DNA of 64,000 nucleotides, from assembly GCA_965285935.1 (NCBI GenBank), contig OZ260665.1, positions 17,732,001 to 17,796,000 of the forward strand, written 5' to 3'. This document shows positions 54,515-64,000 of the stretch, piece by piece (within the stretch, counting starts at the first letter, position 1; every line of letters starts with the position of its first letter). The notes beneath the pieces were generated by a model, which worked only from the letters and a program-made list of their open reading frames with translations, was not told where the DNA came from and searched no databases. The DNA is from Ophelia neglecta. Lineage: Eukaryota. The position numbers were made by a program, and so were the translations under genes.

Positions 54515-55997
54515 TATCAAATTCCGTTTTTCTTAAGGAAAATTATAAAAATGGTCGTGAGGGTGATTTTCCTGTTCTTGAAAACTATATTGAAAACCGC
54601 GATTGATTGATCGAATTAAGTTTATTTGGTGCTACCTATACAACACATCAACATGTACAAACGAGCCATTGATGACGAAACAAAGGTAACACCATGACGC
54701 CAGTAAAATAGCCGAGGCCGCGAGGACTGGACGCCCTAATACGCGAACATTCTATGCTCGAGAAAACTTAACCTAGACCCTGTCCCTAGAAGAGCTCTGA
54801 AGATTGGGATTACATTAGCCTCTTCCCGATAAGATTATAACACATTAATCGATGTTTCAATTGACCAGAATTAAGTTAAAGAGAAAATTGTCTAGGTTTA
54901 ATACTAAGTCTAGCTTCAAGAAATCCCGTTTAGCAAGTTAAGAGCGAAGCACTTAAATCCTAATTTTAAGTCGAGTTAAGAGTTGAGACCGACTCATAAA
55001 ACTGGGTCCTGATTTTCTTTACAAGACAAATTCCTCCGTTTATTTGCATTTAGTGCAGTGTTAGGTTAAATGATTATCTTGGGCTTGTTGACTTTGAGTC
55101 CCAATCCACTTGAGATTGTTTTAGGCCATAGGCAAACATGTTGTTTTAGCATGCATGTTTGCCTTTCTCAACATTTAATCTAATAAAAATACCGAGCAGG
55201 AAGTTGCCATTACCATATTTTCCAATTAGTTTGTTGTTTGTTGAAGCAGCACGCTTGCCACCTCGAAGCAAGTCTTTCAATACGTGTTTATATTACAAAT
55301 AGTAGAAGTACGTTACATAAGGTAATCATTATCAATTATCAATTATTGAAACGCAGTTTACAGTCGTTCTAAACATGAATGTTGCCTGTCTCTAGATTTT
55401 GAGATAGCTGATACCGGTGGTGGTCCCCCAGGACAACTGTTACTAGCCATTATTCCAACCCGGGAATCTCCCGAGCATGAAACTCTAAAGAATCAGAAGT
55501 CCGCCTGTCTAGCCATTCTAGTAAACTAGGAATACTGGGCCTGATCAACCTAGAGTTTGTAGAATTTAACACCCAGCCAAAACTACATTACTATACACAT
55601 GTGCGATTCTTGGAAAAATGCCATATATTCAAGGCATGCAGGGGTGGGCAAGCCTTTCAACATGAACTTTGATTTTAAAAATACAGCATCAGACACAGCA
55701 AGCAGTATTAAAACGACTCTAGAATAACAATTTATTCAGTAATGCTGTTCTCTTTATATTTCAATTAATATCCTATGGAAGTTTAGGTAAAACCTAGATG
55801 GAGATAACATTTCGCCTGGAAAAATACATGTGTTTTATAGATACAGATATTATAGGTATATAAAACAAACCTAAACTGCCAATGTGATGTTTTTGCATAA
55901 TAATGCAAGAGAAACAACTGTATGTCAGTGACCCACCATTCTAGGAAACAATATGCATTTATATTACATGATCTTTGGCTTCAAGAACGTGAGAAAC

Positions 55998-56055
55998 ATC
56001 GTGGCTGAATGGTTATCACGTCCGTTTGGTCATAGGGTTGTTGTTTCGAACCCGA
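55998..56055 (+). mobile_element. tRNA-derived SINE head fragment (Pol III A/B boxes)
   Basis: A-box TGGCTGAATGG (56002-56012) and B-box-like GTTTCGAACCC (56043-56053). No complete cloverleaf. Confidence 0.5.
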
Positions 56056-56477
56056 ACGCGATGATTTTTATTGATTTAATTAAATAACCTTGTGCAATCC
56101 GTGACGTCATCCGTACTGTTCATTAAAACTATCAATACTTTTTCCCTTGCGTTTGTCAAACGAGTTGAGAAATAGGACAAACCCGAGGAAAAAATGCCAG
56201 ACACAAGGGTTTGTTGCCGAATCGGTCTGCCTACTACACCATATATAATCAAAGCTACTAGAGTCGAAACACATGACACAACACGGGCAATGCCTTTACG
56301 TCATTCAGATCAGGCCCAGCGCATGCTGGGGTCAAATTCCAGCATCATTTTGACAACATACGGTCTTCGCTAACCACTTTTTCTACTTTTTTAAAAGGTT
56401 ATTTGTTCCCATCCCTTTCCTTATCCCACAGCTTACAGAGGCTTACTGTATGTTAATAACCCCGGCACCGATGGTAA

Positions 56478-56770
56478 CTGTACCCTAGTTCCTGGATCGA
56501 GGGTGATGTTGGCAGAGTTCACCGTATACGAATCGATTTCAGTAATTGGGAAGGGGACGCGCACCGCGCAAATTACGCATAACAAATTTAAATTGCGCAT
56601 TTCCTAAACTCTATTAGCGCTCTTAATCCTTCCCGTTCGTGAGAATGACTGTCTATTGTACGATTGTCATTTGTTTACAAAAAAACTTGTCACATAGCGA
56701 TGTGACCTGTGCCAGCCGTTGTGCTCCGGCACGCATCATGGATAAGTGTTGATTACTTTTCATTGCTAGT
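56478..56770 (+). pseudogene. Fibrinogen-related domain (FReD) remnant
   Basis: Single frame SWIEGDVGRVHRIRIDFSNWEGDAHRANY, then NKFKL after a frameshift, matching LRIDL.DWEG...YA.Y..F. Faint CA and WWY..C-like traces lie about 200 nt downstream. Confidence 0.55.
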
Positions 56771-59292
56771 GATATCAGTTTTACGTTTTCGTCTTTTTAT
56801 TTGCTTCACACTTTATTTAACTCCTTGAATCTTGGGGGTGGGTCTACGAGCCCGTTGTTCCTGATATATTCGCACCGATTTAATGTAGTATTCTTGATTA
56901 ATGAATTTGATGTCTGCCTAGTATCACCTTTTTTTTGTCAAAAATCGGTTAAAACATTGTTCCATAAAAGTATAAGTTTATACTTCTTTAAATAATTGTG
57001 TATTAATAATAAATTAAATTATTCTTCATTTTTTGGTGGTTTCATTCAATATACGTGTATCAGAATTGCTTTTAAATTATTTGAAGATCGATGGCCGTAA
57101 TACCCACTGACATTTCTGGTTTTAGTACACCAGCCTATTGAGATTATTCACCCTATTTAAGCAACAATTACAAAGCCGTATTTAAAGTGTCAAGAAAGGG
57201 CATTTCACCCGCTTTCTCGAAATTAATGGCCCCAGTAAGAAAGCCTGTGAGCAAATAAGCTTATGGCGAAACATGAAAACTATAAAAATACTAAGAGGAT
57301 AACGTAATCGGTTTCTATCCCCCAGAACATCGATTGATAGAATTTATGTAATTTTTCTATCGGGTAAATATGTTGTGTTTGTGTTCGCGTATGTTGTGTC
57401 TCGCATTGGAGGAATAGCAACACGGTTAGGAAAAACGTAATCTAGCATTTCCCGTCGGATGAAAACGAAAGTATATCCCATGATTGTAACAAATAAGTGA
57501 CCATGTCAAATTTTTCGTATATATTTAATCATGGTTAAATGAACCATGCATTTTCTATTTTCTCTGTCTCCGAGTCTTCCTAAGCAGATTTGAAAGTCGC
57601 GAGAGTAAAACCTACTTTTACAGTTTCATAGCTGGAAATTAGAAACTGACACCTGAAGCACCAACAGATGTTTACCAATGTAATTTTTGTTGGGCCTGAA
57701 ATAAATCATAGACTGCTGGACTTTCAACCCAGTAGTTTGCAGGGGTCGGGTGAAGGTGGTGATTAATGTGGTATGAAGGGAAAGGCTGGATTTTATAAGA
57801 AAAAATGTGGGTTGGCAGTCCTTTATCAAAGCATATAATTAATGAACGATTAAAATGATAAGAAATCGCATTATTGCCATTATGAGATATGGGAAAACCA
57901 AACCCGCATAACGAATCCATCAATTACCATTCTCCATGAACGTGCTTAAGTTAACGACCGTCAAAATATCTTTAATTAGATAATTTGTGCAAATCATTTC
58001 GTTTACCCTTCGGTTATATAAATAGTGCTGCTATTTGGCTGTGAATACCACGTGCTTTGTGCACACACTGTAAGATCGTCAGATGTAATTTTCAATGATG
58101 CGTATATTTTGTTCCAGATTTTTCATTGTGTATCCTGCTGTATTTCCTAAAGAGTTATATTTAAGTTAAATATGCCAAAAAATACATACTAAATATGTTT
58201 TATCAACGAACGTTTAACGATGCTTCAATTTGTCTTAGAGTAATGTATAATTGCTAAATGTTCGACCAAAGGGTCGTTCGCGAGCTTTTAACAACTGCAG
58301 GCCTGTCAATTCCACCGCGCTTACCGCGGGACCCCTGCAATCAATTCATTTTCCTTACGGATGTTCGACGATTTCCCATAATTTTGTTCATGAGGCAATT
58401 TTTTCCCAAAAAATGTTTGCCTTTTTGTACAATAAAGGCTTTGACGATGGAATTCCAATTCCTTGCCAGGTATTCTCAAGGCAATTTAGACAACCCGCGT
58501 CCTCAAAAAAGCAAATCCCCCGCAATGCCGTAGCCATAACTTGACAACCCTGCCATTACCAGAATATAATTTAATGGCACAAAAATAAGTCCGGATCGTG
58601 TGTCTTTATATTCATGAAATACAGCAAGCGACTAATGGTAATAAAGATAAATTCACCATCAATTATAAGTAAACACATTACTAACATAAAATTGTTATTA
58701 TATATAGTTGGTCTTTATATTTTCTTAATTCTACATATTATTTGGGATATCCTCCCAAAGAAAAAAGTGAAGCATTGATTTTTCCCCATAAGAAAACCTT
58801 TCGCCAAATACGTTCATGACCTGTTCATCGGGCTTACGTTGTTGGATGCTTTGACCTAAAAGATCGATTGATGGTCGGCATTTAATTTGTCCTTTACAAA
58901 ATGATACATTTGAAGCCGTCTGCCGTGTTCTCCCACGAGGTCACACAGATCTCCAAAATCAATGCTATCTAACAATATTCCAACACAGGCAGACTGAGGT
59001 AAACTTAGTTTTCCCAGCCATAATAAAAGACATTGTCTACAATTCCATTTTAGTCTTAGACTCAGTAAAGGTGTATAACACAATGCCTTGCGCCAACACG
59101 CTGTTCCTGTCTCTTTTGAGAACTCCTCGTTTCGATAGACTAGAGGCCGTGCGCAAAATAAACTGTGAAAAATCGGTCTTATTAAGTTGGTGCAAGGGAA
59201 ATGCCATATATGTTTTAACCAATTCAAAGTCCTAAAGTGAAAAAAAATCTTCACAATGATAGAAAGCCCAAATGGGCAGCTAGAGCATTCAA

Positions 59293-59315
59293 CTCTCTCT
59301 CTCTCTCTCTCTCTC
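59293..59315. repeat. (CT)11 microsatellite
   Basis: Read directly from the sequence. Confidence 0.95.
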
Positions 59316-60581
59316 GAGCAATGTTGGTGGGAATTTTCATGTCGAAGTTTCATCTTTCTAAACTTGAAATCGTTGTCTAGTAAATATGTTTACCCCGTCC
59401 TTAGCATAGCGAAGGAAATTAGCTTAAAGATGAATTCACTGGAGGAGTAGAAGAAAAAAGGAAATTCACTTCTCGACGTACTTTTTCCAATACGAGTCAA
59501 AGAAAACGCCCCAAACCTCAGAAGCCCATTTGCGTATTTTCAATACATAACCTTGACAGCATTTACAAGGCCCTTGTAGTATGATTGAATATATTGGCAA
59601 CCGATTGAATGAACGACTATCTAGTATAATTGATTTTTCTGTTAAAAATGGGTTCTTTTGCTGTACAATATTGACGGCAGGGTAATTGGCTGACACCATC
59701 CGGAATAGTAACTGATTGAGACCGAAAGATTCTGAATGAATCTAATTGCGCTATTCATTGCCATTTTTCCTGTGGTGTTGTATTGCTGGGATTTAAAACG
59801 TCATATGGCTATGACAAAGACTAAACTAAATATCCCGGCTTTTGGTGTTTATTTTTATAAATGAACCATATATTCTGAAAAAGGCGAGACAATTAATAAA
59901 TCAAAGGTAATATATTGTATAAAGAGTAATGTCACTTTTCTATTATTAGCAGCTTTTGTCTGCTAGTACTAAGAGGGAAAAGGAAGAATACGACAACTTT
60001 AGTAAGAAGAAGCTACTATATTGCAATGTTATGATAAGCAATGTAATACACCTATCAACAGATCAAACATATCCTAGAAATTGAAGAATAAAAACGGAAA
60101 AGCACCTCACTACTGCCCACTCAACTATCGCTGTAATATGTCTGAAGTAGTGCTCAAGGAACATGTATTTTTATGACTGTTCTAATCCCTCGGATTAGTA
60201 CCGCCACACCACTTCAGTTATTATATCGCTCTCTGGTGCAATAACCGTCTATCAAACTTTGATTCAATTTGCAGGAGAAGAAAAACAAATTACACAGCGC
60301 TAAAGGTCTCACTCAATCTCCGTGCCATGTTCCTACGTGCCACACATTTTTCACCATATCAAAAGCAACATTCCCTTTTTAAGCAACAAAGGGCCAACTC
60401 AATAAGATGTTGCTGCACCCAATTTTTCAAATTTTGAATAAGATCGTTTTCCTTATATGGTATAACTTTGTTTTGAAAACTTTACAGAATGTAAAGATCA
60501 TAAGTCTAATCGATTTTGTATGTAATAAGCATTCTCTATTTTTGAGTAAGACAGTTATTGCATTCATTCTTTGATAGACAC

Positions 60582-60700
60582 GTGAACCAGGGACGTACCT
60601 CTATGCCATATAAAGCAACTGGTTTCGGTCAACCTAATAGATATAAATAACTCGTACCGTCCGGATGCACTTGTCCAGGTACCACATGAATGTGCTCGCA
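60582..60700 (+). pseudogene. Possible C-type lectin C-terminal remnant
   Basis: Pieces D-(G)TSMPYK / NWF / GQPN ... C, matching W.DG....Y.NW..GQPN; several 1-2 nt indels are needed. Confidence 0.3.
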
Positions 60701-61247
60701 GCCCTTCAACAATTTAACATTGTTTTATTAGGCCAGAAAACTAATACTTCATTTCCTCTTCGGACCGCAGACATCTTAAACCCTTCATTCGTAAGTCATT
60801 TGTATATTACATGGAAATAATGTCATTGTTAGTCTCCGGTTTATTACAGAGATAAGACCTTCGAACACGCCCCTAGACACATTTAAAATCCGCCATACAT
60901 GTTCTATGGACACAGCTGATTCGTACGTCATGACTCTCGTCCTTGGACCCTGTTGAGAGAGCTTTTCATTGGAACAATATACAATTAAAATTCATTTATC
61001 CAATAAAAGAGCCACCTGTTACCAGATATGCATCTGGGTATTGATAAGTTGTGCGGTGTTGGAATGTTGGCCTTCTTTTTTGATTGATACCTTCTGGGTC
61101 ATTAATATTGCGATCCAAGCTAGGTATGTATAATGATTTTTGTTCTAGATGGCCATGCCAACATATCTATGTCATTTCTATTAGAGCAAAGTTTACCCAG
61201 CTCGACTGAATCTATTGAAATTTATGTCTCGGACACCAAATTAAAAA

Positions 61248-61465
61248 GTGGCGACTAATAAAGGTTGGTCAAATGTCGTGCAGATTAATTCGAAATGGCT
61301 TGTATTCATTTTGCAGATTTCATTAGTGTGCCAGACAAATACTGGTTCATTGTACAGTGTAACAAGCAAGGCGTTAACCGAGTTAGCATGGCCACAGATA
61401 AACTTGAATGGATTTGGATTTTTGGGGCTTGACGACACATAGACACCATGTGGGTCATTTAGTGT
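61248..61465 (+). pseudogene. C-type lectin domain remnant
   Basis: Single open frame KGWSNVVQINSKWLVF...VCQTNTGSLYSVTSKALTELAWPQINLNGFGFLGLDDT*TPCGSF, matching GW...SKCY.F / C...GGSL.SI.S..E / WIGL.D....G.F. Confidence 0.5.
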
Positions 61466-64000
61466 CTTAAGTTGGGTATAGTTTATTGTTCATTGTACTG
61501 TCTAGTTTTATTTACATGGGGATATTCGTAAGAAGTAAGAGGTTATTGAGCTCTATTTCATAAAAATCTTCTAGGTGGGTGGGTCAGATGTTTTTCTGAC
61601 TAAAATGTGTTAGTAAATGAACATAAAAGGTTAGTTGTTTAATAAATAGATAAAAGAAAGTTCCATAAACTTTCGCATTTTAAAAATGGTTTTCACGTTT
61701 AAGATCTACTACATTTGTAGTAGAGATCTATAGACCTCAAGAAATTAAGGATCTGCTGTGGGCAGACCTTGTCAAATAAGGTTTGAGGCTGTTAACATTA
61801 TAAAAACAGATAAACTTGATGCGGAATTTAGATAACCCTGCTTGAACTCGACGTAATATTGCGAGCCCAATGCCCCTAAGTTAAAACAGAGTGGTAGTTT
61901 ATCGTTATATAAAGCACTCCATTAACATGGTCTTAGCTCTTAGCTATAATATGGATAAAAGGGATATGCCAAGACTGGTTACTTTGCAGTAATCACATAA
62001 GATACATGCGGAAAACGTGATCCAATCATCATTAAATTAAGTTTGGCAGCAATGTCGACATATTTTCCATTTTATGGCTCGAAAACTATTTATTTGCAAC
62101 GTAGCAGCCTGATTAATCACATATTTCTTTTTTGATTAGGTAATTTGATCGCATTAAAAAAAATGAACCACCTCAACGAAAATGAAGATGCCAATTTCAT
62201 GTGCTCTAGCCTGTCACATAGTTTATATTTTTCTATCTGGTATATCGACGAATATCATGAAGCTATAGACTCACCAACGACGCCTATAGAAGTGGAGCTC
62301 ACGAAGGCAAATCATAAATAACGGACAATTTATTGAATCGGTCGACATCTTTAGAACTGTCAGCTCGTCTGCGTAGGAAGATTAACCCTGTGATGCCACA
62401 GAACGACTTCTGCCAGCGGCAAAGATACAGAAAAACCATCTAAACGCAAACCAGGTGTATGCTTGGAGTTTTTAGTCCCTTTTTTATGGCCCAAACGATG
62501 TCAAAATGACGGATCAAAAGGACAATTACTTCTGATCCGTTTACAATTAAACCAGATTCGTTTCTGACCAACGCCCAATCATTATACAGATGTTTGGCGC
62601 TGGATTATTGGGGTGATGGTATCGGACATAATATCCTTATATCATTGCAAACATTGTTCAACACACAAAGAAATGTAGATATGGTAATTATAGGAAAGAT
62701 ATATGAACATGCCCTGAACTTTAGAACTCTTAGTTATACATACGCAAACGCCTTCACTGCCTTCCTAAGACCTATCACACATGCATCATAATTAGTCTTA
62801 TAGTAATAAACAAACAAAAAATGTTCGAAGACATCTTTAGTTTCATGCCTTGTTTGTTTGTTTTTACACACTACGGAAATGTTTTATGGTGTTTTCCATG
62901 TATGTGTTCACGGTGACCGTTCCCTTTCGCACGCGGAATATTTTTTTGAGAGATTAGGCTCTTCCGAGTCACGGCATCAACAGGTTTCATTCCACCTCCA
63001 CTGTGCCGCCTACGCGGCGACTCCGCCTTGGTACTAGGAAAAAGCGCCTTCCTGGCTGTGGCTCACTCACACTGTCTCAAAGGGTAAAGGTCTCAGATGG
63101 CCGGTAGTAAGACACGAAGTGTGTCGGATATAGCATAATATATTTCGCTTCGTAAATTCTTTTATAGCAGAAACCTTGTGAACCGCTTCCTCTTTTCAAA
63201 GAGTAAAAAAACCATAAATATCCCTGCCGTATCCCCCCCCCCTCCCAATATACGGAATAAGCGTGTTTATTGGTGCAATTTCTGCTAACAACCACACGCC
63301 AGTAGTACGACATAAAAGACGTTCTAGCAATTAAACTCTTACGATCGATAGATCGAAACTAATATGTTTCCAATAATATTTACTGAATACATATTAAATC
63401 GTCAAAATTTTGTTGCGTAATTTCAGACATCAGAAGTTGGGCTGTAGGCGGAATATCAAGTTGATAGAGCCTGTTCCTTATTAAGCATGCTTTATACTGA
63501 AGATGATACTTCTCTCCCAGGAAGATCCTAATTGCATCCGGCAAGGTCACCCTTGATGTCAAGCTCACCCCTTCCTAGCATTTCGCGCGCGCTGGTTGGT
63601 TTGCGGCAAGACATATGTTTAAAAAAAGAATTGAAATAGTCAACATGGAACTGCACTACCGAGAGGATCGGATTCACTTTACACTTTGGTATGCAGTAAC
63701 CTTTCATTCCCGTCTATGTTGTTGTGTATTTTCCAAAAAGTCCATATAGTCATTTACAATCATATATCACCTATAGCATTTCGAACTGCTGCTTAAAGCG
63801 GTTATGTAATTTGATCAACAGAGGCCAAACTGAAGATGTTACGGTCCCTGTGCACATTATGAATGATTGTGCGGCTGTTTCGTGTTCGGCAAAATTTGGC
63901 GTAGTAAATACATCGTCAAATTTACAGTTGAGGACACTTTATAAATTTAACATGATGAAAGTTATATTGTGCTTCAGACAACCCCCGTTGTTCAATTCGT

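Noticed and set aside
55998-56060. tRNA gene
   Set aside because: A/B boxes only, with no acceptor stem or cloverleaf; treated as a SINE head.
52747-58552. CAGGGTTGCCA ... TGACAACCCTG as termini of a 5.8-kb transposon
   Set aside because: Only 11 bp with a mismatch, no TSD and no transposase between them.

Overview
AT-rich eukaryotic DNA (roughly 35-38% GC by eye, not computed), most consistent with an intergenic or intronic stretch of a marine invertebrate genome. The Meta-type SINE, CR1/L2 LINE and MITE families suggest a lophotrochozoan. I find no intact, identifiable protein-coding gene, no rRNA or tRNA gene, no CRISPR array and no prokaryotic operon; most of the ORF track is noise. Firmly visible features: a diverged direct duplication of about 3 kb (44236-47653 and 48340-51314), a 21-copy 24-bp minisatellite, two inverted copies of a TA-flanked CAGTG MITE, three further fold-back MITEs, two LINE fragments, two SINE fragments and a decayed THAP-domain (Kolobok-like) transposon end. 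The most interesting signal is inferential and comes from hand translation. Many short, frameshifted or stop-containing 'ghosts' of extracellular modules are scattered through 13-62 kb: mainly C-type lectin domains (CTLDs), plus fibrinogen-related, CUB, cadherin and possibly beta-trefoil pieces. This looks like a graveyard of lectin/immune-recognition genes. All domain calls were made by eye and need frameshift-aware HMM searches. I cannot support a claim of a new functional system.
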